Program-made: the position numbers and the translations under genes
From: Candidatus Limnocylindria bacterium
Lineage (GTDB): Bacteria > Chloroflexota > Limnocylindria > QHBO01
Assembly (NCBI GenBank): GCA_038233215.1
Contig: JBBSML010000007.1
Coordinates: forward strand, 21,002-85,001
DNA: 64,000 bases
Direction of reading: 5' to 3'
The notes under the pieces: generated by a model
The model's input: only the letters and a program-made list of their open reading frames with translations
Told to the model about the DNA's origin: nothing
The model's database searches: none
Shown here: positions 18,921 to 28,445 of the stretch, one piece after another
How positions within the stretch are numbered: the first letter of the stretch is position 1
How the letters are laid out: each line of letters opens with the position of its first letter

Positions 18921-20150
18921 ATGCCGTCAAATCCGATTCTCATCTGCGCGCGCGACGCCGGGCTGATCGGCGAGCTCGAGACAGCATTGACCTCCACGGG
19001 CTACGCCACGACCACGGTCGTCTCGCCAGCGGATGCGGTCGCGGCAATGCGCGAACGCAGATACGACCTCATCGTTGCCGAGGGCCTCGCCGTCTCCGGA
19101 GCGATCGCCTCGCTTCGCACCGCCGGATCTCATGGCGTGACACCGATCCTGGTGGTCGCACCGGCGCATGACGTCGAAGCGCGGATCGCATTTCTTGAGG
19201 CTGGCGCGGATGACGTGATCGTTGGCGGCTTTGCTCACAACGAGCTCGAGGGTCGCGTCATGGCGCAGCTCATTCGGGCCGGAAAGATCCAGCTGGAGAC
19301 GACGTCCTCCGGCAGCGCCGAGATCGTGGCCTTCTTCAGCCCCAAGGGCGGGGTCGGAACGACGACGCTGGCGGTCAACACTGCTGTCCTGCTTGCGGGC
19401 GGCGGAGGTCCGGCTCCGGGACCTGCGCGCGCCACCGACCGTGGCTTCCCGCCGTCACGAGTCCTGCTCGTCGATCTGGATCTCCAGTTCGGACAGGTCG
19501 CGACGCACCTCAACCTCACCCCTCGCTACGACATCGCGGGACTGGCCAGCGATGAGCCAGCGCTCGCGGATCCAGAGCTCGCAAGGATGTACCTGACCAC
19601 CCACTCGTCAGGGCTCGTTGTGCTGGCCGCGCCGACACGCCCGGAAGCCGATTTCCGCGTGACCCTCGAGCACCTCCAGCGGATCTTCGAGGGCCTGACG
19701 CCGTCGTTCGACCACATCATCGTCGACCTCGGCAGCCGGCTGGACCCGCGGGCGGTCTGGATCCTGGAGCAGGCACACGCGCACGTCTTCGTTCTCTTCC
19801 CCGAGATCGCCGCCCTGCGAGCGATGAGCATGTTGATGACCTTCCTGGCCGAGACCACGCCGCTCCAGGCGCGCGCCGCCATCGTGGTCAACCACGTCTT
19901 CCCCAAGGAGCTGCTCAAAACGCGCGATGTCGAAAACCTTCTGAACATGAAGCCGGCGGCGGAGATTCCCTACACCGAGGTCGAGATGATCCGCGCGGTC
20001 AACGAGGGCGTGCCTCTCGTCATCGGTCGACCGGCTTCTCCGGCCACCGTCGCGTTGCGACGCGTCGCGCAGGCCGTGATTGGGATTGAGCAGCAGCAGG
20101 CTGCGCCCGCGAAGAAACAGGCTCGGCGGAGCCTGTTCAAACGCCGATGA
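18921..20150 (+). CDS. Response-regulator receiver domain fused to a ParA/MinD-family ATPase (CpaE-like)
   Basis: N-terminal REC-like fold (DLIVAEG...ILVVA), then FFSPKGGVGTTT deviant Walker A and LLVDLDLQFGQV. Confidence 0.65.
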   Translation: MPSNPILICARDAGLIGELETALTSTGYATTTVVSPADAVAAMRERRYDLIVAEGLAVSGAIASLRTAGSHGVTPILVVAPAHDVEARIAFLEAGADDVIVGGFAHNELEGRVMAQLIRAGKIQLETTSSGSAEIVAFFSPKGGVGTTTLAVNTAVLLAGGGGPAPGPARATDRGFPPSRVLLVDLDLQFGQVATHLNLTPRYDIAGLASDEPALADPELARMYLTTHSSGLVVLAAPTRPEADFRVTLEHLQRIFEGLTPSFDHIIVDLGSRLDPRAVWILEQAHAHVFVLFPEIAALRAMSMLMTFLAETTPLQARAAIVVNHVFPKELLKTRDVENLLNMKPAAEIPYTEVEMIRAVNEGVPLVIGRPASPATVALRRVAQAVIGIEQQQAAPAKKQARRSLFKRR

Positions 20151-20187
20151 GCTCCCGTGGGCATGCGCCGTGCGTTTGCAATGCGTC

Positions 20188-20379
20188 ATGAGCGACAGCG
20201 ATCTGGAGCGACGAGCGGGCAAGGGGCCCGAGGACGAGCATCCGGAGATGGATGGCGGGGTCGCGGATCCAGATCCGTCTGATTACGCCGATCCACGAGT
20301 GGCGCAGCCCGGCGAGGACCCGCCCGGCGAAGACGCCATGGAGCAACGACCGCCCGACCACGCCAACTCGAACATCTGA
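20188..20379 (+). CDS. Hypothetical small acidic protein (63 aa)
   Basis: ATG ORF MSDSDLERRAG...PPDHANSNI with high GC3; no SD and no recognizable domain. Confidence 0.25.
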   Translation: MSDSDLERRAGKGPEDEHPEMDGGVADPDPSDYADPRVAQPGEDPPGEDAMEQRPPDHANSNI

Positions 20380-20572
20380 GGTGGGACACTCAGCCTCCAT
20401 GGCCGCTTGCATCCGATCGCGCGGCAGTGCCAATGGCGACACCACGGGGTGGCGCAGGGAGATCGTGGCGGCAGGTGCGGTCGCAATCAAGTGTGCGATG
20501 CCAACTTGCGCCATGGACCATTCCAGCTTTGCTCGGCCATGTGCGAGTCGTGGGTCACAAACCGCCAGGTAC

Positions 20573-20656
20573 TGGTGCCGGAGGAGGGACTCGAACCCCC
20601 ACGCCTTGCGGCCGCCGGGTTTAAGCCGGCTGCGTCTGCCATTCCGCCACTCCGGC
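20573..20656 (-). tRNA. tRNA-Leu (anticodon UAA)
   Basis: Cloverleaf read manually: GCCGGAG..anticodon loop CTTAAAC..long variable arm..GGGTTCGAGTCCC..ACCA. Confidence 0.85.
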
Positions 20657-20836
20657 ATCGTCGTACCATCGGCAAGCCTAGCGCAGGGATACAGCGCCAC
20701 GCGCGTGAGCGTCGCTGCTCGGCGAGGAGCGACGAGGCCTGACGACGGGTGTGATGGTGAGGCGACAAACCATAGGCGGATGGAGCGGACAACGCTCACG
20801 AGAAAAGCCCCGCTCGGACACTTCGTGCGTAGATGG

Positions 20837-20882
20837 TGTGGAGGCGACGACGGGAATCGAACCCGTGTACGCGGTTTTGCAG
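20837..20882. repeat. attL: 46-bp copy of the 3' end of tRNA-Cys (left boundary of the island)
   Basis: tgtggaggcgacgacgggaatcgaacccgtgtacgcggttttgcag is identical to 32794..32839. Confidence 0.85.
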
Positions 20883-21292
20883 TACTCACGATAGCGTCCG
20901 CCGGCGTTCGCCGGGGCCTCCCCCGCGCTCGAGTGTGGCTCATCGGGGTGGTGCGATCACCTTGGGCATTCGCCCCCGTTGCTACCGGCTTTGCTACCCG
21001 AATCGGCCGACGTCACTCCGCTCCATGCCTTGATGGCCTGCTGCGAAATCTGTCGCGATCACAGGAACTGACCGCAGATTTCGGCCAGGCGATCCCAGGC
21101 AACACAGGGATGGTATTCGGTCCGCTCGCCATTTCCGCCGCGGTACTCGTTGGTCGCGACCGAAAAGGTCGTCAATGGCTCAGTTACACCAAACGGTCGG
21201 CTTACCGAAAGATCATCGAGGTAAGCGGCTTTCAGCCGCGTCGCCGACGTTGCCCTGCCTACCCCGCGGCTGCTCGCGGGTGCTGGTGAGTC

Positions 21293-21583
21293 TCAGTAGA
21301 CCTTGCTTTCGACGACATCGACGATACGGGCTCGAGGGGTCCCGCCCAACAACGGCGTTGCCTGCGGCGACCGCCACAGCTCTTCGAGCCCCAGCTTGAA
21401 TGCCTCTGCCTCAACCCGATTGTCGAACTCCAGGTCCACGGCGATATAGTTCGGATCATCGACCGGTCGGTAGACCTGATACCGCCGCACCCGCCCGACC
21501 TCGCGACGTTCCTGGCCGCCGTCGAATACCGCCTTCCAGGTCTCGAAGTCGCGGACGGGATGTTCGATCTGCAAAACGGGCAC
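21293..21583 (-). CDS. Small conserved alpha+beta protein (ABM/Dabb-like ferredoxin-fold guess), divergent from the TetR gene
   Basis: 96-aa ORF MPVLQIEHPVRDFETWKAVFD...; the fold assignment is a guess. Confidence 0.4.
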   Translation of the reverse strand: MPVLQIEHPVRDFETWKAVFDGGQERREVGRVRRYQVYRPVDDPNYIAVDLEFDNRVEAEAFKLGLEELWRSPQATPLLGGTPRARIVDVVESKVY

Positions 21584-21622
21584 GGGTGACTCCTCTCGAC
21601 CGGGCGGATCGCCCGGTTCGAC

Positions 21623-21656
21623 TACAGTACGACTTTATCAATATGGTGATACTGTA
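21623..21656. promoter_or_regulatory. AT-rich divergent promoter with an inverted repeat TACAGTA-N20-TACTGTA; -10-like TACTGT sits 7 nt before the TetR ATG, suggesting a leaderless transcript
   Basis: Read directly: cagtacgactttatcaatatggtgatactgtactcacATG. Confidence 0.4.
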
Positions 21657-21661
21657 CTCAC

Positions 21662-22327
21662 ATGGCAGAACCTGTCAAGCCCTCCCGCACCCACGACTTC
21701 CCGCGTCGCCGCGCGCGGGCGCGGGCGACACGGACGCGTGTCCTCGATGCCGCCCGGGCGCTGTTCACTGAGCGGGGCTATGTCGCGACAACGATCGACG
21801 TGATCGCCGCGCGCGCGGATGTCTCGCCCGAAACGGTGTACTCCACCTTCAGAACCAAACGCTCTCTCCTCTCCGAGCTCGTCGATGTCTCCATCGCCGG
21901 CGGCAACGACGCGCCGCCGATCTTCGAGCAACCGTGGGTGCAGGAGATGCGCGAGGAACCGGATCCCCATCGCCGGCTGCAGATCCTGGCCAGCAATGGG
22001 CGGTCGATCCTCGAGCGACGGGCGGCCGTCGACGAGGTGGTACGCGGCGCTGCCGCGGCCGATCCCGAGATCGCCACGCTTTGGGAGCGCGGCAAGGCCC
22101 AGCGCTTCGCAGGTCAGCGCGAAGGGCTGCGGATCGTCATGGGCGCGGCGGGCCCGCGGGAGGGGATGGACCTCGAGACGGCCAGCGACATCCTATACGC
22201 CATCGGCAGCCCCGAGACCTACCGGCTCCTCGTCGTCGATCGCGGCTGGAGCGGCTCCCGCTTCGAGCGCTGGTTCGGCGAGACGCTCGAGCGCCTGCTC
22301 CTCGACCCGGTCAGCCCGCGCCCCTGA
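21662..22327 (+). CDS. TetR/AcrR-family transcriptional regulator
   Basis: N-terminal HTH RTRVLDAARALFTERGYVATTIDVIAARADVSPETVYSTFRTKRSL. Confidence 0.8.
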   Translation: MAEPVKPSRTHDFPRRRARARATRTRVLDAARALFTERGYVATTIDVIAARADVSPETVYSTFRTKRSLLSELVDVSIAGGNDAPPIFEQPWVQEMREEPDPHRRLQILASNGRSILERRAAVDEVVRGAAAADPEIATLWERGKAQRFAGQREGLRIVMGAAGPREGMDLETASDILYAIGSPETYRLLVVDRGWSGSRFERWFGETLERLLLDPVSPRP

Positions 22328-23060
22328 GGCAGACGCTTCTCCGAAGGGGGCCGGATCAAGCAGTCGGCAGGTCAAGGAATCTCAACGGGTACAATCCTGC
22401 TCATGCGACAGGCGTAGCCTGCCCGATCCACAGCACGTTAGGCTGAGTACGCACGATGAGCTCATCTGCCTCACGACGCCCGTCGATGACCAAAGACAGG
22501 CGGAACACGCCGGAGCCCTCGCCACCAGCACGCAGCTCCTCGAACTCCCTGGCATAGTCGGCGCGAGCCGCATCCGCAGTTATGCACCATCGCTGGCTGA
22601 CTCCATCGAAATGGGGTACTCGAACCTCGGCCCTATAGCGGCCATCGGCGCCCTATCACCCTTTTGACCGAGCAATCGCGGCCCTGGTCACAGCCAACTA
22701 TGCCCACCAAGAGATGGCTATCGATGTGTCCGGAGCTATCGAGGTTGCGGTCCTCGACGATGACGAGCAGCGCTTGAAGGTCTCTCATCATCCGGACGGG
22801 TTCCTTCAGTTCTCGGGTAATGAGATCCGGTCTGGGCGCGAGGCGACGGGTGCCCCTAACGGGATCGGCATCGTCTCATGGCCGCTGCATCAGCCGACGT
22901 TGGGTCCATCTCGCGTCACCACCCTATAAGTTGGCGCCGCCCTAAATCACGGCCCGCACCGAAAGGCGACCTCCGCGGGCACCTCCGATTCGTGCTCACG
23001 ACCATCCTCTCCGTGCCGCGCCAAAAGGAGGTCTTTGCGGACCGCCTGAACGATCACTCG

Positions 23061-25595
23061 TCAGTCGTATGGACGCGAGTCCTCCGACTCGTAGAGAGCG
23101 GTAACCTTTGCCCCCTGGAATGCGAGAACCGCCGTCCGCGCCGCGGCATCAGCGAGATCCAGTACGCGAAGTGTTCCGTCCTCCACCCTGGCCACCGACT
23201 CAACACGAACGAACCGATCGCTGTACCGCTCGGCGAACATCGCGAGCGCATGGAGCTTGGCTCGCGCGTCTGCGAGATAGTCGCCATGTGGATCGACGAT
23301 CGATGCCCCGAGCGTCCCATCTGAACGCCGGGACACAATGATGAAGTCGGGCTGTAGGGACGCCCACTGCCCATCGTCGTGGTGGTACGCGATCCGCAGC
23401 GACGCCGGCGTTGCGCTTCCCGGATTGCGGTACCACGCGACGAACCCGGGCCGGGCTAGCTCCGCCTGAACGACTCGCCGCTCCCACTCGTTGAGCTCCG
23501 CGGGAAACATCCCGCCGTCGTCCGCGTATAAGTGCCCCGAGTACCTGGGCAAATCTTCGCCGTGCCGGTCCTTCGTGGCGGCCCGTTCGTTTGCCCGCAG
23601 TTCGACTGTCACCTCCTCGGGGGACGTCGTTTGCTCGCGTACCCGCGTGTAGGCAGCGCGCGTAGCGCCTGTCGTAAGCAGGATCTCCACCCGGACCCGG
23701 TTGAGCTGTTCCTGGACCCACGCAGTCGTTGTCTCGTCGATGGCCCCGACGACGCTCTCCACGCGCAGGAGCGCGGCGACCTGGACACGGACCTGATCCC
23801 GGTTTGCGCCCGGCCCGGCAGCCGCCAGCCGATGCGCGAACCATGCCTTTCCGACGCCCTCGCGCACAGCATTGATCATCCGCTGGCTGTCCCGCGCCAC
23901 ATCGCGTGCGTGGGTCGCAATCCTCCGAACCTCGGGCTCTGCGCCGGTTTCCTCGCCGACCGTCGTGATGCGTGATCGCCGAACCTCGGCCGCGAGCATG
24001 TCCTCGATGTTCGCGTCCACGGCTGCCCTGTGCTCCGCGGCGAGGCCATCGAGCCGCGAGTTCAGGCGCGACGTCAGTTCAGCTACGGCGTTCGCCAGCA
24101 GTGGCGCTCCGCTCGCATCGTCGGCGAGAAGCCGGGCGAGCGTCCTGGCCCGTCTCAGCGGGCTGGCGCTGCGGTCGGGCGTCGGGATGCTGGGCAGCGC
24201 GCCGATGAAGTCGAAGACTTCGCGGCCCAGGTGCGGATTGCGATCGAAGACCTGCGGCGCCCGCACAACCGCCGCCGCCACCCGGAGCTGGCCGTTGTCC
24301 GGCCCGGTACCCTCGAGCGCGTCCTTGATGGCCGTCAGCGCCTTCCGATCGAACAGCGGCAGGTAGCAGGTGACCGAGTTCAGGGCGTCATCGGTCGCGA
24401 TGCGGTGCGCCAGCGGCTGGCGAACCATCCGGCCGATGATCTGGGCGATGTGCGTCGCATCCTTCGCGGGCCGCTCCGAGTAGAGCACCTCTGCGCGCGG
24501 GCAGTCCCATCCGGTGGAGATCGCTTCCTTGGCCAGCACGACGCGGACATCGGTATCGGTCTGGATCGACTCGGGGAACACCCACTCGACTGTCCGCGAG
24601 CCCAGCGTCATCGTCTGATGCTCGCCGAGGACGTGCGCGATCGCCTGCGGCCCGAGCTCGGGCCACTCCTCCTCGATGGTCGAGACCAGCTCGGTGAGCT
24701 TGGCATCGCTCGCCTTGTCCGGCACCTGGACAACGAGCACGGGGAGCACCTCGGGCTCGCCCTCGGCGGCCGAGTACGCGGCCCAGCGCTCCTCAAACGT
24801 CCTCGTTGCCTTGACCGCCTCCCGCAGCAACGTCGTCGAGAACGTGCCCTTCTCGTCGGGCTGGTCGAGGCCGATCTCGTCCTTGACCAGGCCCGAAGCA
24901 CGCACGCGCCCGATGTCGACCGCGACGTTCGGACGGGTGATGCGGTTGGTGACCTCACCCATCGCGCGGGTGAATCGGTCAATAGTGGCGGAGATGCCCC
25001 ACACGATGGGCATCGGCGGGTTGGAGCCTGGCTGACCGCTGATGAGCCGATGCACGATCGTCTGCCGATCCGCCGCGCGCTTCATGCCGCGGTGCGCCTC
25101 GTCGAGGACCATGACGAGTCCCGTCTGGCGTCCCCGGATCGTGTTGCGCAGGATGTCCCAGAACGAGAACTCCCTGGTATTCGTGCCGCCCTGTGCGAGG
25201 CGGCTCGACTTCGACAGCTTCTGGGTGTTGAGGAAATAGACGTGGCGTGACGCCAGGTCGGCATCCGGGAACGACTCATCGATGTCGCGCAGCTGCCAGT
25301 TGTTGAGTAACTCGGACGCATCGAGCATGCGAGCCTTGGTCTGCCGGTTGAGTGCGGGGTCATCGGTGATCCACAGGAAGCTCACACCCGGATCGGGCTC
25401 GGTGTCGAGGTCGGTCGAGCCGAAGAAGAGCGCCTCGATGACTGCCGTCGCGATGACCGTCTTGCCGGAGCCGGTGATAGCGGACAGCGCGAAGGAGGAG
25501 AGGTCTCCATGGGCCACGTCCCGGCGTGATCGCTGGAGGCGCTTGATGACCTCGATGGCGGCGTCGCGCTGATAGTCGCGCAGCTCGTAACGCAT
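23061..25595 (-). CDS. res: Type III restriction enzyme Res subunit (SF2 helicase plus endonuclease)
   Basis: Walker A ITGSGKT, VMVLDEAHRG (DEAH box), helicase C motifs; directly downstream of and abutting mod. Confidence 0.75.
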   Translation of the reverse strand: MRYELRDYQRDAAIEVIKRLQRSRRDVAHGDLSSFALSAITGSGKTVIATAVIEALFFGSTDLDTEPDPGVSFLWITDDPALNRQTKARMLDASELLNNWQLRDIDESFPDADLASRHVYFLNTQKLSKSSRLAQGGTNTREFSFWDILRNTIRGRQTGLVMVLDEAHRGMKRAADRQTIVHRLISGQPGSNPPMPIVWGISATIDRFTRAMGEVTNRITRPNVAVDIGRVRASGLVKDEIGLDQPDEKGTFSTTLLREAVKATRTFEERWAAYSAAEGEPEVLPVLVVQVPDKASDAKLTELVSTIEEEWPELGPQAIAHVLGEHQTMTLGSRTVEWVFPESIQTDTDVRVVLAKEAISTGWDCPRAEVLYSERPAKDATHIAQIIGRMVRQPLAHRIATDDALNSVTCYLPLFDRKALTAIKDALEGTGPDNGQLRVAAAVVRAPQVFDRNPHLGREVFDFIGALPSIPTPDRSASPLRRARTLARLLADDASGAPLLANAVAELTSRLNSRLDGLAAEHRAAVDANIEDMLAAEVRRSRITTVGEETGAEPEVRRIATHARDVARDSQRMINAVREGVGKAWFAHRLAAAGPGANRDQVRVQVAALLRVESVVGAIDETTTAWVQEQLNRVRVEILLTTGATRAAYTRVREQTTSPEEVTVELRANERAATKDRHGEDLPRYSGHLYADDGGMFPAELNEWERRVVQAELARPGFVAWYRNPGSATPASLRIAYHHDDGQWASLQPDFIIVSRRSDGTLGASIVDPHGDYLADARAKLHALAMFAERYSDRFVRVESVARVEDGTLRVLDLADAAARTAVLAFQGAKVTALYESEDSRPYD

Positions 25596-27710
25596 CTAAT
25601 CGCGCCCGCGCTCGGGCAGGAACATCGACAGGTAGGAATCGGGCAGGCGGACGGTGTCCATGCCGTTGGGCAGCTCAGCGGCGATGCCGGCGAACGTGGT
25701 CGGCGAGTGCGTCACGATGAACGCGGTGGTCGCCGTCTCCGGGCGTGCCGAGACGAAGCTGCGCCATCGGTCCTCGTCGAAGAGGATGCCGTACCGATCC
25801 GTCCAAGCGTACGGGAGCGGGGCGCCGGCCTCGTCCGTGCGCGGTGCGATCGGCCCGGAGGCGCCGGCGCGCAGCCAGAGCAGCGGCGCGATGGCGTCGT
25901 AGGCCAGTCCGAGGTCGACGTCGTCCGCGTCGAGGTAGCGGAGCTCCAGGAAAGCGGCGTTCTCCTCGAGACCGTCGGCAATCGGGAACTCATCGGTGAA
26001 CTTGTAATCGCCCTTGTTCGGTTCGCCATCCGGCGTTTGGCCGGTGATCGCCGCCGTCACGCGCGGCCGCGTGATGTGCTCGAAGATGCCGAGCGCCTCC
26101 CACTCCGGATCGCCGGGCCGGAGGCCCTGGGCGCGCAGACCCTTCGCCTCGTCGACGGACACCTCGTTATTGGTGACCATGATCGATTGTCGCCGACCGC
26201 CGTCCTGCCGATTTAGCCGCATGACGGCATGAGCCGTAGTTGCCGAGCCCGCGAAAAAGTCCAGCACAACGGCGTCGGGCTTGCTCTTCACGAAGAAGCG
26301 GACCGTGTCTTCGACGGCATATAGAGACTTGGGAAACGGAAATCGACGGTCCTTGAGCAACGCGCGCAAGAGCGAGGTGCCGTACTGGCCGGCGTCGTGA
26401 CCTGGAAACCTCCATGCAGTGGTAGCCCGCGTGACCTTTCCTTGCATCGCCACCACGACCTTCGATCCATCAGGTCGCTCGCCAGCGATGGCCCATTCTC
26501 CTGCCTTGATCCTCCGTAGTGCGCTGGCGCTGAGGTAGGTGAAGATGAACGGCTGATGAGCGTGGCCGGCACTAACGCGAACAAACCCAGCATCGTTAAG
26601 ACGCAACAGGCTAGGCCCTGTCAATCCCCAGTTCATGTGCAGTCCATCCTCGCGAATGGGAAACACGGGTACGGCGTCACGCCTAGCCGGGACACTCTCG
26701 ACGGGGTCCGTAGGTCCCAGCGGATCGCCGACACCCACGATGCGTTGTGTCTCGGGTGAGACGAAGATCGGATAGAACTGCCTCGGCCGAGTGCGCCGCA
26801 CAGACGAGAGGTCAGTACGACGCAAGTACCACCACCTCACCTCGCGTTCGTGGCCATCGCCAGTGGGGTGAACTACGTGTGCGCCGCCGAGGATGGCGAA
26901 GAAGATGTACTCATCGGATCGGGAAAACAAGTCCTCCCGCTTCGCGCCCGACGGGTTGATCACGCTGCTGACCATCTGCAGCCGGGCATTGGCGAATGTC
27001 TGTTCCAACAGCAGTCCCAGACGGAGGTACTCCCGCTCGTCGATCGTGACGATGAGGACCGAGTCGTCGGGATTCAGGAGCTCCTTGGCGAGCTTGAGGC
27101 GCCGCTCCATAAATGCGAGCCACTTGCTATGGCGGTAGGCATCGCTGTCGTCGACGTAGTCGTTGTTGTACTTCCAGTCGCGCGCGCCGCTGTTGTAGGG
27201 CGGGTCGATGTAGATGCAGTCGACCTTGCCGGCGTGGGTAAAGCGCAGTGCCTCGAGCGCGTGGTGGTTCTCGCCATTGATGACGACGTGGTACGGCTTG
27301 TCGCCGCCGCGCTCGACCGTGCCGACGGAGCGAAATCCGGGCAGCACCGGCTCGCCGAAGTCGGTGATGACGACTAGCGAATCGAGCGGCATGCGTTCGC
27401 GCTCGCCGACTGCGTGCTCGCCCCGGGCGACGTAGGCGCCATCCGGATCGCGAACCAGTCCCACGGTCGCGAGGGGATCCTCGACAGCGAGGACCTCGTA
27501 GGTCGGACTGTCGGGGTCATCTCGGCTGACGACTTGGGAGCCGGTGCGGATCGCATGCTGAGGCAACCGCACCCGCTCGGGGATGTGCTGCTCGAACACC
27601 AGCCCGAAGCTGCGGCGCTGCTTGAGCCGATCGGTCTGGCTTCGAAGGTCCTCCCGCAGGGCCGGATCCTCGACCCGCTCGAGGAGGACGTCCAGCTCGC
27701 TTCGAATCAT
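25596..27710 (-). CDS. mod: Type III R-M Mod subunit (N6-adenine DNA methyltransferase)
   Basis: CIYIDPPYN (motif IV DPPY), DFFAGSATTAHAV (motif I, FxGxG). Confidence 0.8.
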   Translation of the reverse strand: MIRSELDVLLERVEDPALREDLRSQTDRLKQRRSFGLVFEQHIPERVRLPQHAIRTGSQVVSRDDPDSPTYEVLAVEDPLATVGLVRDPDGAYVARGEHAVGERERMPLDSLVVITDFGEPVLPGFRSVGTVERGGDKPYHVVINGENHHALEALRFTHAGKVDCIYIDPPYNSGARDWKYNNDYVDDSDAYRHSKWLAFMERRLKLAKELLNPDDSVLIVTIDEREYLRLGLLLEQTFANARLQMVSSVINPSGAKREDLFSRSDEYIFFAILGGAHVVHPTGDGHEREVRWWYLRRTDLSSVRRTRPRQFYPIFVSPETQRIVGVGDPLGPTDPVESVPARRDAVPVFPIREDGLHMNWGLTGPSLLRLNDAGFVRVSAGHAHQPFIFTYLSASALRRIKAGEWAIAGERPDGSKVVVAMQGKVTRATTAWRFPGHDAGQYGTSLLRALLKDRRFPFPKSLYAVEDTVRFFVKSKPDAVVLDFFAGSATTAHAVMRLNRQDGGRRQSIMVTNNEVSVDEAKGLRAQGLRPGDPEWEALGIFEHITRPRVTAAITGQTPDGEPNKGDYKFTDEFPIADGLEENAAFLELRYLDADDVDLGLAYDAIAPLLWLRAGASGPIAPRTDEAGAPLPYAWTDRYGILFDEDRWRSFVSARPETATTAFIVTHSPTTFAGIAAELPNGMDTVRLPDSYLSMFLPERGRD

Positions 27711-27839
27711 GCGCTAAGCCTACCCGCAGGCGCGGCGACGTTCCCACATTCCCGCGCAGCCGAAAGGACCTCGTTTCGGGCAGCCCGCGCTACGTTGAGA
27801 ATCAGCCACGAATGCTTCACTGATGTGAGGCTCCCTTTT

Positions 27840-27873
27840 CGGAGCGCCCAGCGACTTCGGAGCGCCCAGCGAC
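27840..27873. repeat. Tandem 16-bp repeat cggagcgcccagcgac x2 (18-bp period), ~130 bp upstream of the mod start
   Basis: Direct reading. Confidence 0.9.
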
Positions 27874-28006
27874 ACCCTGGGTAGCGCTTCGAGCATCACC
27901 TGGCCGTATGCTTTACCGCGGCGAGATGGCTCAGAGACCCACTAGACCGGCGCCCCTAGCTCAACAAACAACGCGTTACCAGGCAACCAACTCGCGGGCG
28001 GCCGGC

Positions 28007-28179
28007 CCCCGAAGCGTTCCCCGTAGCGTTCCCCGTATCAAGTGTTCGAACGTACCCTGACGATACGAAGCTGCAGGGAACGGAGCTTCGGGCTTCGGAG
28101 CGTGAGGGCGCTTGATCCCCGAAGCGTTCCCCGTAGCTCCCGTATCAAGTGTTCGAACGTACCCTGACGATACGAAGCT
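28007..28179. repeat. Two ~66-bp direct repeats (28007..28072 and 28117..28179), each containing the GTTCGAAC palindrome and a GTATC...GATAC inverted repeat
   Basis: Copy 1 and copy 2 are nearly identical apart from a cgttc indel. Confidence 0.85.
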
Positions 28180-28228
28180 CGACTACCGTGTACGCCAGTT
28201 ATAGCGTCGACTCAGGAGGTACTCACGG

Positions 28229-28399
28229 ATGCCCCTGTCCGCTGAACAAATGCAGACAATGATGGCCGAGATCGACTGCGGAGTGACCCGCGAGGAGTCC
28301 CGGCTGGCACCCCTCGACGCCGCTGAAGCGGGGTTCTGGGAACGGGCCGTGGTCGAGATCCGGGCCATCAAAGAGCAAGGCTATCCCGCCGGCGACTGA
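28229..28399 (+). CDS. Unannotated 56-aa ORF with a strong SD (AGGAGG-N8-ATG): MPLSAEQMQTMMAEIDCGVTREESRLAPLDAAEAGFWERAVVEIRAIKEQGYPAGD
   Basis: Canonical SD, ATG start and high GC3; located immediately after the 66-bp repeat pair. Absent from the ORF track only because it is under 60 aa. Confidence 0.5.
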   Translation: MPLSAEQMQTMMAEIDCGVTREESRLAPLDAAEAGFWERAVVEIRAIKEQGYPAGD

Positions 28400-28445
28400 T
28401 GGGCGGCCAGCCGGCACCCAGCCGCCGGAGGACGATGACCGATCA

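Noticed and set aside
20657-20836. Possible degenerate tRNA or second att remnant between tRNA-Leu(UAA) and attL (gaggcctgacgacggg... resembles the tRNA-Cys acceptor/T-arm)
   Set aside because: Only ~10 nt of similarity and no cloverleaf can be drawn. It is kept as a weak possibility, not a feature.
20137-21289. ORFs 20137..20943 (-) and 20252..21289 (+)
   Set aside because: Both run straight through tRNA-Leu(UAA) and the attL tRNA-Cys fragment, so they cannot be coding.
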